Sequence record: NC_010821.1
Direction: 5' to 3' (one strand)
Length of the DNA stretch: 64,000 bases
The notes below the pieces were generated by a model. That model had not been told where the DNA came from. It ran no database searches and saw only the letters and a program-made list of their open reading frames with translations. Shown here one piece after another: positions 27,924 through 37,548 of the stretch; position 1 is the stretch's first letter; each line of letters begins with the position of its first letter. The translations under genes were made by a program, and so were the position numbers.

Positions 27924-28226
27924 ATGAGCGATTACGCTAAGATAGTGTACCCAAGAATTACAAAAGGCTACGCTAAGTCGTTGATCGCAGAGGAACAGAT
28001 CGTAGTTAACGCCGAGATGTGTGTTGTGATCTGTATGGTCAGGTTGAATAATGGTCACCGACTGGTAACTGATGCGATTGTTGCGAATAGTGGTTTGTTT
28101 GATGCCGCACGTGGTACTCAAATCGCTCGCGATAAAATGATCTCCAAGATCATGGAACTTGAAATGTACCAGATGCGTACACGCCTGCATGACGAACGAA
28201 CTAAGGAGGTCACTGATGTTGACTGA
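27924..28226 (+). CDS. Phage Gp49/Sf6 gp66 family (PF13876-like) protein
   Basis: VVICMVRLNNGHRLV…FDAARGTQIARDKMISKIMELEMY matches the family pattern TxCxLxLxNGFxV…FDxxxGxxIAxxxAxxKIWxLEGY as I recall it. Confidence 0.65.
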   Translation: MSDYAKIVYPRITKGYAKSLIAEEQIVVNAEMCVVICMVRLNNGHRLVTDAIVANSGLFDAARGTQIARDKMISKIMELEMYQMRTRLHDERTKEVTDVD

Positions 28227-29460
28227 TGCCGAAATTCTTGATAACCAAACCCAGACACTTGAAGAAGTGTTGGATAAACTCCATTCGCGTTCAGATGAAC
28301 CTTTGGAGAAAGCTGTAGCAGTAGACGTAGGTAATGATGCACTGCATGTTGCAGTTGAGTGCTTACGCACGCTTTCTGATCTGCACCGAACGATTGCAGT
28401 AGAAGGCGTGTCTAAAGACGATGTAAGCGCACTCAGAGCGATTCAAGCCAGAATGCAGCCATACATCCGTCTTCCATCTAAAGTCGCCTTAGAAGCGTAT
28501 GAGGGACTATTCACGCCTAACCGCACGATGATCAACCAGACCATCTCGCAGGAAGCTACATTGGCTGAGTTTGGTAAGACTCTGAAAGAATGGTTCTTTA
28601 TCTTCGTTGACTTTATCATTCGCGTATCCGATTGGTGCCGACGTGTATGGAACTCCGAAGACGCCATTCGTTTACGACTGAAGAATATGGATAGTAATCT
28701 TCAGTCGATGTACAACCAGGTCAATGAGTTAATCAAGTACAACGCCAAGTTTGGACGTGACGCTGAGCCAGATCTGCTCAAGATCAGTGAACTGGTATTA
28801 GCCGATCCTAAACTGACTCGCTCCAATGCCATGCTGATTGCGTTTAACGTACCTGCTAAAGATGGTATTATCAAAGTCATGGATCGTGATGCCGATCGTT
28901 TATTTAATTCGATGATGAAAGACCTCGTTTCTTTCAAATTGCATATCGAGCAAAATAAACCTATCGGTTATCTTATCGACTACGGTAAAGAGTTTACTGA
29001 AATCGCTAGTTGCTTAGAAGCGTTGACTGTTGCGGTTGACGACCAAGATTTCTTCAAAGATAATCTCTCGTTAGATTTCTGGAAGAATCCTAAACAACTA
29101 GTGTCTCGCCAAATCTTTGCACCATCGCACAACATCGATCAGGTACAGCGACTCGCTAAAGAAATTAGATCTATTAAACGTAACTCTAATTTTGATGCGC
29201 TCGAAGATGCGGATGTTCTGGCAACGGTTATTGAAAACCTGTCGGAAGCGGTTAAAGGTTTAGAACGAATCATTAAGTTCAAACAACAGCTGTACGCTGA
29301 CTGTTATAAAGTTTCCGCTACATACGCTAACTTCTATATCCGTGCTCGTGATCACATCGAGGAAACTCTTCGTGCTAACGTAGCTGATGATATTGAAGCT
29401 AAGGTAATGGAACGTTTAACCAAAGCTTGGGAAGAGCTCCTTAAGCGGATGGGTGTTTAA
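28216..29460 (+). CDS. Internal head protein (phiKZ gp86-like)
   Basis: AGGAGG RBS before ATG 28216; candidate protease sites ALE and ISQE. Confidence 0.75.
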   Translation: MLTDAEILDNQTQTLEEVLDKLHSRSDEPLEKAVAVDVGNDALHVAVECLRTLSDLHRTIAVEGVSKDDVSALRAIQARMQPYIRLPSKVALEAYEGLFTPNRTMINQTISQEATLAEFGKTLKEWFFIFVDFIIRVSDWCRRVWNSEDAIRLRLKNMDSNLQSMYNQVNELIKYNAKFGRDAEPDLLKISELVLADPKLTRSNAMLIAFNVPAKDGIIKVMDRDADRLFNSMMKDLVSFKLHIEQNKPIGYLIDYGKEFTEIASCLEALTVAVDDQDFFKDNLSLDFWKNPKQLVSRQIFAPSHNIDQVQRLAKEIRSIKRNSNFDALEDADVLATVIENLSEAVKGLERIIKFKQQLYADCYKVSATYANFYIRARDHIEETLRANVADDIEAKVMERLTKAWEELLKRMGV

Positions 29461-29463
29461 CGA

Positions 29464-29497
29464 CATAAAGCCCCGGCCTTTCGGTCGGGGCAATATG
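29464..29497. terminator. Bidirectional terminator, CATA…TATG family
   Basis: CATA-AA-GCCCCGGCC-tttc-GGTCGGGGC-AA-TATG between convergent genes. Confidence 0.75.
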
Positions 29498-29502
29498 CTG
29501 TC

Positions 29503-32427
29503 TTACACTGGATCTAACGTATGACGCAACCAGTTGAATGTCAGGTCATCTTCAATGGTCAACTCTTGGTTAGGGAGTACAACCAGTTTCTGACGTACCG
29601 ACAATCGAACTGCATCGTCTTCTACGGTGATGATTGCAAAGTTATTGCTACCACCCAAACCAGTAGCTTCAATAGCCATTACTTCTTCACCAGAGGTTTC
29701 AGTCAAGCGTGCTACAGCTTCAGACATACTGATCGTACTACGTGCCAAGAACTCCGCAATGGTAGTCTTGGTGTTAGAGATCAAGCCTGGTCGAATAGTT
29801 GGGTTGGTGTACCCAGACTTACTCAGGTAGTAGTTCAGGTTAAATGCCTGATCAACTGGAACAGTGAGTTGCTGACCTTCACGAATACTAACCAGCGTAT
29901 CACCATAAGTAGTAGTCGGATACAGGAACAGCTCAGCCTCACCCAACAGTCTAGCGTCGAGTAATTCGATATCGTTCTGAATCCAAGTTACCAACTGCAT
30001 CGGAATCTCAGTTGCATAGGCTGCTGCTTCCCGTTCATTAGCAAAGTAGTATTTACCATCGACCATGAACAAGGTAGTTTCATATTTCAATTTACGTGGT
30101 GCAATCAAAATAGGATTACCATCAGCATCATGGATTGGATCACCTGCCATATGTTCGTAAACGGGTTGACCATCATCTGTTAAAATAGGGTCACCTGCAC
30201 GATGAAGGATCTTGTATTCCAAACTACCGTCAGGTTTGATATTGATGATAACGTTACCGTTAGCGTCCGTTTCGTAGATAGTCTGACTGTAGTAAGCTGG
30301 TACGTTAAACTCATACTTCTGATAAGACTCAGAACTAATCACTGGTCGACTACGACGCCACAGCCGGGTCAATTCGTAACCAAATACCGTATTCAAAGAC
30401 TCGCGTGTCACACACATGAACTGCGCTGGTAGCAAATGGGTTTGTACCATCTCATCGAGGTCGTTCGGTTTATACCCTGGGGTTACCGAGTTAACAACAA
30501 TGATCGTTACAGCCAACTCACTATTAAGTGGAGCGAAGTAGTTGTTCTGTACGGTGCTAAACATACTCATGTTCAACGTACGAAGTTCGTTAGCAGAGTT
30601 AACATCAAAGTTAGTCATGATATCGAACTGATAGATCGGCTCATTATCTTGACGTCCAATGAAAGTACCGTTCACAGAGGCCCAACGGTTTTCACCAGTA
30701 GGACGATAACCAAGTTGTAACACCACTTGATCATCTTCCAGCAACTTAAACTGTTCGCCCGTCTCAAGCATTACCCGAATACGGTAACCACCATCAATGC
30801 GAGTAATATCGTAAGAACTAATAGCTGCCTGTAGGTTAGCCGTGTCGTTCTCACCGATAAAGGTCTTACTCAGGATGGTTGGATTATCCAAGTAATAAGG
30901 TCGCATCTCAAAGTTATCGTTAGCGATGTCCATTACGTTGTGCAATGGGGAATACACGTAACGAGCGTCATTGACTTCACGTGCACACTGTTCTGCTGGA
31001 ATAGTGTTGAGTCTGGTGATCTCTGAATCAGGCAACGGGGTAACTTTCCCATTACTGTAGTTATACAGCATGCTAGGGAAAATAGTCAAACGATTGCCGT
31101 TATCCGAAACATGGGTGGACCCACCCAAAGTTTCCATATCAAAGGTAATCTCAGACATGGCTACGCCTGCACCAGAGGTTACATCTAAACTACGAGATGT
31201 AGGCATCTGGCGGGACGCCAAGAATTGAAGGTTGGTGATGTCATCGACGTTAGTAACCAGACTATAGCCACGACGATCCAAAGCTGAACCCAATTGCACG
31301 TTAGTGATAGGTACTTGCAGAGGACCCAGTGTATTGTTAATCACTTGCTCACGCAGTGCGGCAAAGGTCATTGCATTGGAACCACCACTGACGCGCCCAC
31401 GTGCCAAGACCTGTTGCGTGGTCAGAGTGTTCATAGGTGCAGTGAAAGTTGGATCATCATCAATCGAGTTATATTTAACAGAGAAATCGGTTTCTGCCAA
31501 CGTCGAGAAGTCTAGGTCTACTGGTCCCTGAGTCGTGTAGATGTCAAGTCGAATACTACCAGTTGCCATACCAGTCGTTACGTACACAACCGGAATAGTC
31601 GCTGTAAGTGTATTGGTGGTAAGTTTAAGCACCACTGTGAGTTTCATTGGATCGTAAGTCAATGCACTATGTGTAGTATTGATCTCAGTCCAAGTAGCCT
31701 CGTTATCTGTTGAGATATAAGCCCGAGCATAGAAGAACTGGCTATTCAGTGGATAAGACTTCTGGAACAAAGCTGACGGGTTCAGTGTGTCAGTATAGGT
31801 AGTAATACCAAACTGTTGAACTGGGATAGTCATTACCATCAAACGCCGACGCAGATTGTCTACCTTGGAAGTCATCATCTGCCATTGCACGATGTTGGTA
31901 GTCAGAGTTTCTACAGGAGATACCTTATCCAATACATATTCAACAGTCACACCACCATGGCGCATTACCGTCATTTGGATTGGGTACTGCATAGTGAACG
32001 GCATCTTACCAGCACTGAACTGGGTAAGGCGTGGAATAACCAGACGCTTTAACCCTTGATCACCATACGGTACTGCTTTGGCGATGATCTCGTCGTAATC
32101 AACCACTAACATGAATGGTGTACTGGCTGGGTTAGCGAACCGACCCAGATAATCATCATCCGCCATGTGAGCATAAAGGTCATCGGGTGTAACAGCTTGT
32201 CGACCATACAGTCGCCGCATAGAAGCTTCAGTATGGTTAACGTTGGCAGCAGTTTCCATACTACCACATTCCATCAAAAATACAAATGGGATTGTACCAT
32301 CGGGTACGTCAAAAGTTGGATTGTTTGGATCTGGATTCAATTGAGAGTCCAGCTCATTCAACGCCAAAGCTTGAATCAAACTTGGGTTGTTGAGAATTTC
32401 ATAAAGGTTATCTTTAAAACTACTCAT
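29503..32427 (-). CDS. Large virion structural protein, probable baseplate wedge (phiKZ gp87-like)
   Basis: 974 aa beta-rich; SGGSNAMTFAALREQVI resembles the gp6/baseplate-J GG.D.E…LR motif. Confidence 0.75.
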   Translation of the reverse strand: MSSFKDNLYEILNNPSLIQALALNELDSQLNPDPNNPTFDVPDGTIPFVFLMECGSMETAANVNHTEASMRRLYGRQAVTPDDLYAHMADDDYLGRFANPASTPFMLVVDYDEIIAKAVPYGDQGLKRLVIPRLTQFSAGKMPFTMQYPIQMTVMRHGGVTVEYVLDKVSPVETLTTNIVQWQMMTSKVDNLRRRLMVMTIPVQQFGITTYTDTLNPSALFQKSYPLNSQFFYARAYISTDNEATWTEINTTHSALTYDPMKLTVVLKLTTNTLTATIPVVYVTTGMATGSIRLDIYTTQGPVDLDFSTLAETDFSVKYNSIDDDPTFTAPMNTLTTQQVLARGRVSGGSNAMTFAALREQVINNTLGPLQVPITNVQLGSALDRRGYSLVTNVDDITNLQFLASRQMPTSRSLDVTSGAGVAMSEITFDMETLGGSTHVSDNGNRLTIFPSMLYNYSNGKVTPLPDSEITRLNTIPAEQCAREVNDARYVYSPLHNVMDIANDNFEMRPYYLDNPTILSKTFIGENDTANLQAAISSYDITRIDGGYRIRVMLETGEQFKLLEDDQVVLQLGYRPTGENRWASVNGTFIGRQDNEPIYQFDIMTNFDVNSANELRTLNMSMFSTVQNNYFAPLNSELAVTIIVVNSVTPGYKPNDLDEMVQTHLLPAQFMCVTRESLNTVFGYELTRLWRRSRPVISSESYQKYEFNVPAYYSQTIYETDANGNVIINIKPDGSLEYKILHRAGDPILTDDGQPVYEHMAGDPIHDADGNPILIAPRKLKYETTLFMVDGKYYFANEREAAAYATEIPMQLVTWIQNDIELLDARLLGEAELFLYPTTTYGDTLVSIREGQQLTVPVDQAFNLNYYLSKSGYTNPTIRPGLISNTKTTIAEFLARSTISMSEAVARLTETSGEEVMAIEATGLGGSNNFAIITVEDDAVRLSVRQKLVVLPNQELTIEDDLTFNWLRHTLDPV

Positions 32428-33506
32428 TAAGGAGTTCCTGTGGTAGTGCCTGCCGCGCGATCGGCATCACGAATAGTGGATGTAAGGTTACCGCCAAACT
32501 TGGCAGCGTAAGTACTTTTAAGCACATGCCATTCTAATTCGTTATGGGCCTCTACGTTGATGTAGGGATATGCTTCGAAGTTGAACCAGTTAAGTTCGTT
32601 GTACCCTAACTTTACAGTTTGGACACCACGATTACCATCTTTCATGGCATCGTTGAATTCCTGGACCAATTCGTTAAACTCATAAATTAAGATGTAGTCG
32701 TAAATAGTCATTCCCATACAACGCCAACTAAAGTTCAGTTGATCGCTTACGGTTTGATAAGGAGTTTCCGAACCGTCACCCGTGAAGTTAATACCTTGAC
32801 CAGTTGGAGCGTTCATCGGTAATGCAGCACCACATGCAGCGATACGCTGAACGTAGGTTTTAGTTGAGTCCATTACCAAACGGTAAAATCGAGTGTTAGC
32901 ATCGTATTCATTTAATAGCACGAGTTCAGGATAGGGCATAATGCGCCCTTCCCGGTTCAAACCCATATAGGTTTGCCACATGTACATCATCCATGATATA
33001 GGATCGCCATCAATATTTCGGCAGGTCATTTGTAAATCGTAAGTTCCGTATTGATACGGGACATCATCGACATACGACATCGCATCACGGTAGACTCCGG
33101 GTGCAGTGGTACTCAAGTTTAATGTGAAGTCTTCCCATCCGGTAAGACTAATCATGTTATTCGTAAGCAGTGGAATAAAAGGTTGGAGTGGGTCTACACC
33201 CGGACACCAATCTGGACCATTTGCTTTATGTGCCTCTGGATCAAGGTACGCCCGGACACGGCGTTCAATACTGTGTGGATTTGGATTGAGCAACATTTGA
33301 AGTCGTCGATCGACCATGCAATTAGCTTCGGACAAATTCAGATATGGACGCGTGACAAACGTATAACCATGGTTCTCTGTATTGAGGGGAACGGAGTTGT
33401 TTCGTCCGGTAATATTTAACCCACGAAACGTATCGTATATTGATTGATCACGCGGTGATAAACCCGAGTTCTTGATGATCTGATTGATGAAATCGTTTAA
33501 AGCCAT
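32427..33506 (-). CDS. Virion structural protein (phiKZ gp88-like)
   Basis: 359 aa, coupled to the gp87-like gene, synteny. Confidence 0.75.
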   Translation of the reverse strand: MALNDFINQIIKNSGLSPRDQSIYDTFRGLNITGRNNSVPLNTENHGYTFVTRPYLNLSEANCMVDRRLQMLLNPNPHSIERRVRAYLDPEAHKANGPDWCPGVDPLQPFIPLLTNNMISLTGWEDFTLNLSTTAPGVYRDAMSYVDDVPYQYGTYDLQMTCRNIDGDPISWMMYMWQTYMGLNREGRIMPYPELVLLNEYDANTRFYRLVMDSTKTYVQRIAACGAALPMNAPTGQGINFTGDGSETPYQTVSDQLNFSWRCMGMTIYDYILIYEFNELVQEFNDAMKDGNRGVQTVKLGYNELNWFNFEAYPYINVEAHNELEWHVLKSTYAAKFGGNLTSTIRDADRAAGTTTGTP

Positions 33507-33542
33507 TTTAATTAACCTCTTTTAAAATTAAAGGAAGAGACT

Positions 33543-34745
33543 ATGACATTACCAATTGTTGCCGCAGCCGCTGCCGGAGACGTAAAAGCTATCGGTCGAG
33601 AGCTTATGTCCACTGTATTGACTGCCGCAAAAGCCTCTACGCGAGTGTCTTCGCTGGCTGACCTGGCTAAACCATGCCGTGTCGAACCCATTACCCTTAT
33701 CGACCAGAGCATTGCTGATCAGCCTTACATTACTGATCTGATGAAACTGACAGTTAGTATGTTTGCCGGTTACTACTTGCAAGCGGTTAACATGGTAATG
33801 GGTGTCGGTCGAATTGATACGATGAAAGTGTTTGACACACTGAACCCTGAACGTAGTTTGGGTGGTCTTGCGTTTGAATCTCATCGTGCCGCTGTATATG
33901 ATCCGGCTACTTATAGCAATGGTCTGCCATCGCTTGAAGCTTTCAGCCAACCTATGCGTCGTGGCTTGATCGCCGAATACTCCCAAGAGAAGTTTGAAGA
34001 CGCTTGGAAAGAGGACGCTCCATTCCGTGCATCGCTCGAAGATGGTGCTGATAAAGAAGACAAGCCACCACGTAATTCGATCAGTTCTTCTGACGCACAT
34101 AAAATCTACGAAGCAGAGAACCTTGCGATTGGTAAGCTGCTTAACGTCGACGTAACTTCCGATGGTGAGAAGAAGAAACTTCCTGTACTGGTCAAGCTAA
34201 TTCCAGCTGTAGTTCCTTCGGACACACTGGTACAGATCTTCACCGGTGGTGGCCGTGACACTTGGGCACACCGGATGTTCCTCGTCAAATCTGGACAGAT
34301 CCAATTCTGGCGTGACTTCGTTATGGGTCAAGACATGATCGATGCACATATGAAAGCATTGATGTCTGACCGTAATGGTGCTTACAAAGCAATCATGGAC
34401 CGTCGTCGTAACAACGTATCTAAATCGGTACAGTCCGGTCGCCTGAGCCTGGCGGATGCTTCTAACATTGCTATCATCTCCGCTACTACCATGAAGAAAT
34501 CGGCGAACACTTTGTTTGCTAAGATTGAAGATAAGAACATGCGTGACAAGATCTTCGATAACTCCTATCTGCTGTTGCTGATGGTTGTCGATGAACGTTG
34601 GGGTCGTGTGACGATTTATCACCGTGGCGTAGATCTCTCTACTAGCTATCGTATTGAAGATGTTAAGCTGGCTGAGAAATCTAAAGGTCAAGATATCACT
34701 GAGATCTTTAAACTGTTCAACAAGCAAATGCATACTAACATCTAA
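33543..34745 (+). CDS. Virion head protein (phiKZ gp89-like)
   Basis: 400 aa; AFES, SLE and ASLE processing-type sites; divergent from gp88-like across only 36 bp. Confidence 0.78.
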   Translation: MTLPIVAAAAAGDVKAIGRELMSTVLTAAKASTRVSSLADLAKPCRVEPITLIDQSIADQPYITDLMKLTVSMFAGYYLQAVNMVMGVGRIDTMKVFDTLNPERSLGGLAFESHRAAVYDPATYSNGLPSLEAFSQPMRRGLIAEYSQEKFEDAWKEDAPFRASLEDGADKEDKPPRNSISSSDAHKIYEAENLAIGKLLNVDVTSDGEKKKLPVLVKLIPAVVPSDTLVQIFTGGGRDTWAHRMFLVKSGQIQFWRDFVMGQDMIDAHMKALMSDRNGAYKAIMDRRRNNVSKSVQSGRLSLADASNIAIISATTMKKSANTLFAKIEDKNMRDKIFDNSYLLLLMVVDERWGRVTIYHRGVDLSTSYRIEDVKLAEKSKGQDITEIFKLFNKQMHTNI

Positions 34746-34756
34746 GGGGTTACCAG

Positions 34757-35650
34757 ATGAGTCTTTTGTCCTTTATCACAGACCTGCCGGCCGTTCTTGA
34801 ACGCCGTCAAGTAATGAACGTTGTCGACCAACTGAAGCTGGAGTATGATGACACCATCTCTCCTATTCTGGACGACATCCGGGAAACCTTCCAAGGTCGA
34901 CCAATGAAGTCCATGCTGAATAAGCGCATGGATACCACCACTCGCCGTTTCGTGAGTTTCAACGGGGATTCCCTCCAACTGATTCTGAAGAACCTCACTA
35001 ATATTCGTGGTTACTTCGAACTGCTGGAACGCGATGTTAAATCGGCATTTAGTGTACAGTTCACTAATACCAATATTTCTTTCGAGCGTGCTAACGTTCT
35101 GAAGTTTATTGAAGCACTGGCTTTCTACATTCGTTATGCCCGTAAGTACCTGCTGTTTCTGGTCGCTCAAGAATCCGCTGCAATCGGTAAAGCCACTGCC
35201 AGTAAATGGTCCCCAGCTGAGATCGAGTGGGTTAACACCTATATGGATGACTTTGCTGCCCTGTACCAGACCATGGCCATTCAACCGAATGAGTTCAAGT
35301 CTCGTATTCAGAAATCGTCTAGTGCGGTTATTGAAGAGTCGACTTATCAAGTAGCCATGCAACAACTGGGTGCCCAGAAGACTGACCCACTCCAGATGGA
35401 TGGTTTCAGTCCTCGACAAAACCCATTCATGTTGCTGGGCAAGTTCATTGCTGAGATGCAGATTACGCGCTATAACGAAGCCAAAGAAGAATTCTACGGT
35501 CTGCAACTGCGGCTGCAAGAACTTCGTGATCTGCAAGCTGGTCAACCAGCTAACCCTAAAGTACAGCAACTGATCCAGTCGTATGAAAAGCGCATTAGCG
35601 AATACGAATACGAGATGAAACAAATCGAAGAAAAGGCTGGTCTTGCCTAA
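34757..35650 (+). CDS. Major internal virion protein (phiKZ gp90-like)
   Basis: 297 aa helical, synteny, strong codon bias. Confidence 0.75.
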   Translation: MSLLSFITDLPAVLERRQVMNVVDQLKLEYDDTISPILDDIRETFQGRPMKSMLNKRMDTTTRRFVSFNGDSLQLILKNLTNIRGYFELLERDVKSAFSVQFTNTNISFERANVLKFIEALAFYIRYARKYLLFLVAQESAAIGKATASKWSPAEIEWVNTYMDDFAALYQTMAIQPNEFKSRIQKSSSAVIEESTYQVAMQQLGAQKTDPLQMDGFSPRQNPFMLLGKFIAEMQITRYNEAKEEFYGLQLRLQELRDLQAGQPANPKVQQLIQSYEKRISEYEYEMKQIEEKAGLA

Positions 35651-35659
35651 GGAGGCTTC

Positions 35660-36193
35660 ATGTCTACTAATGCCGTAAAGCCTTTCCCTGATGGCCGTGA
35701 TTATTCCGGTGGTCAGATCAAGCCAACTAAACGTTTTGAACTACGTGAGGGTGATCCTCGTGTACACGAACTGTTTGTAGAGTTTACTAACTTTCCTAAA
35801 CATGCCGTGACTTGGGATTTCCAGAAACGCGTAATCAACCTCGCTCAAGAACTATTTGAGGGTGAGTATAGTTGGTTCGTCCGTCAAGACTCGAATGCAC
35901 TGATTAAAGATCAGAACTATGCATTCATCTTAGATACCGTGCGATACATCGCCACCGGTTACCGTCGGTTCAGTATTCATACTTGGCCATCTCTGATTAG
36001 CTATGATGTTCCAGTGATCAGGGAATCTGTAGCGGGTCGCCGTGATATCTGGTTCCTGATGGAAGAACTGAGTGTACCGGGTAACACCAATGCATTCATC
36101 CAGAAATGGCTTTCACACAAAGACGGATTTAATGATCTAGTCTATACCTTACATCTGTTGTTTGGTAGTGTGCCTGAACAAATTAAGCAATAG
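35660..36193 (+). CDS. Virion protein (phiKZ gp91-like)
   Basis: 177 aa, AGGAGG RBS. Confidence 0.72.
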   Translation: MSTNAVKPFPDGRDYSGGQIKPTKRFELREGDPRVHELFVEFTNFPKHAVTWDFQKRVINLAQELFEGEYSWFVRQDSNALIKDQNYAFILDTVRYIATGYRRFSIHTWPSLISYDVPVIRESVAGRRDIWFLMEELSVPGNTNAFIQKWLSHKDGFNDLVYTLHLLFGSVPEQIKQ

Positions 36194-36201
36194 GAGGGCT
36201 A

Positions 36202-37482
36202 ATGGTTAATTCTATTAACCGTCCCCAACCTGAACTCGGCGGGGTAACACCCGCCGATTTTAACGTCTTGTCCAATGAGTTCTTCGCAGAGCTAGATCTT
36301 TATGCTAAACGCAATGATGCAATCTGTGATGAAATGGCGGCATTAGAAAATCTTTTTATTACATTGGAAGGGTCAGATCCGACTCTTATCAATTATGCCC
36401 TTGAGAAATATAATCTCACTGAGGTAGTTTCTAATGAAGACGTTAACCGCGCAGCTATTCAGGCATGGGAACGAGTCAAGGTAAACCTACGTCGTTTCCA
36501 AAGCGATCTCTTTGGTTACGCTAAAGTAATTCAATCGGGTTCAGAACGATTGGTCGAAAGACTTGAGATGTTGCAAGGTATTGCAGAGAAAGCTAACAAG
36601 GTACCATTTAAAGACGAGATCACGGTAAAGAAGAATCAGAAGTTCGCCATCAATGGTGGATTCCAACCTTTTGATATCCGACCAGTTTTAGAAGACACCA
36701 ACAACACTTTCGATTTCTATGACAAAGTCTTGTTGCCGTATATGAAACAGATCGGTAAGCTACTGGATACCGTGGAGCTCAACCTTACGTGGACTGAGAA
36801 CACAGAGATGAGGTTTGAACTGCTCAACGCCAATAAATGGATGAAGAACTTTAAACCCCTCGAAGAACCGGATGATCGTTTCCGTGCAGCGGCTTATGTG
36901 GTACGTGGTATCACAGCTCAGGGTGAACGCGCTATCTATTATTCTGGGCCTGAGGACACCAAGACTGAAAACGTAAAAGACTGGGGTTATTTTATTAGTA
37001 CCATTCGAAACATGCGTTATCGTTACTTGAAGATCCCTGGTCAGCAACCTCTCAATGAATCTGACAACAAGATTGATGTTGAGAACGCAACGACAATTAG
37101 ACAACGTTTAAGTTATCTGATCGGTATCGCTAAAAGGATTCAGGGTCGTAAGGGTTACGACCAAAAGATCTCAACTGAATTACGTAAGATCGAACGGTCA
37201 GCAGACAAGGTCAGAAACAATACCCGTAATATGCGTACTCAACTCGACCAACGTAATGTTGAAGAAGAGCGCGACGAAGGTCGTCCTAACGTTTCTAATA
37301 TTGTTAAAGACATGTCGACCATCTTGAACTGCATGACTCGTTTGGTACAAGACTTCAACAACGCTGTTGCTGGTCAATTAAGGTTGGCTGGAGCATTGGG
37401 TTTTATATGCGACCTTGAATTAAAAGCATATGAAGCGCCGATCGATAAGCCGACGCCAGAAGTACAAGAGAAACTTGAGTAA
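36202..37482 (+). CDS. Internal head protein (phiKZ gp92-like)
   Basis: 426 aa; VSNED site followed by a helical segment typical of the paralog family. Confidence 0.72.
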   Translation: MVNSINRPQPELGGVTPADFNVLSNEFFAELDLYAKRNDAICDEMAALENLFITLEGSDPTLINYALEKYNLTEVVSNEDVNRAAIQAWERVKVNLRRFQSDLFGYAKVIQSGSERLVERLEMLQGIAEKANKVPFKDEITVKKNQKFAINGGFQPFDIRPVLEDTNNTFDFYDKVLLPYMKQIGKLLDTVELNLTWTENTEMRFELLNANKWMKNFKPLEEPDDRFRAAAYVVRGITAQGERAIYYSGPEDTKTENVKDWGYFISTIRNMRYRYLKIPGQQPLNESDNKIDVENATTIRQRLSYLIGIAKRIQGRKGYDQKISTELRKIERSADKVRNNTRNMRTQLDQRNVEEERDEGRPNVSNIVKDMSTILNCMTRLVQDFNNAVAGQLRLAGALGFICDLELKAYEAPIDKPTPEVQEKLE

Positions 37483-37485
37483 AGC

Positions 37486-37516
37486 CATATCGGGAACCAC
37501 TACGGTTCCCCTTATG
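37486..37516 (+). terminator. Hairpin of the CATA…TATG family
   Basis: CATA-TC-GGGAACC-actac-GGTTCCC-CT-TATG between co-directional late genes. Confidence 0.55.
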
Positions 37517-37548
37517 CTATGTTATCATTATTAACAGAGAGTAGACAC

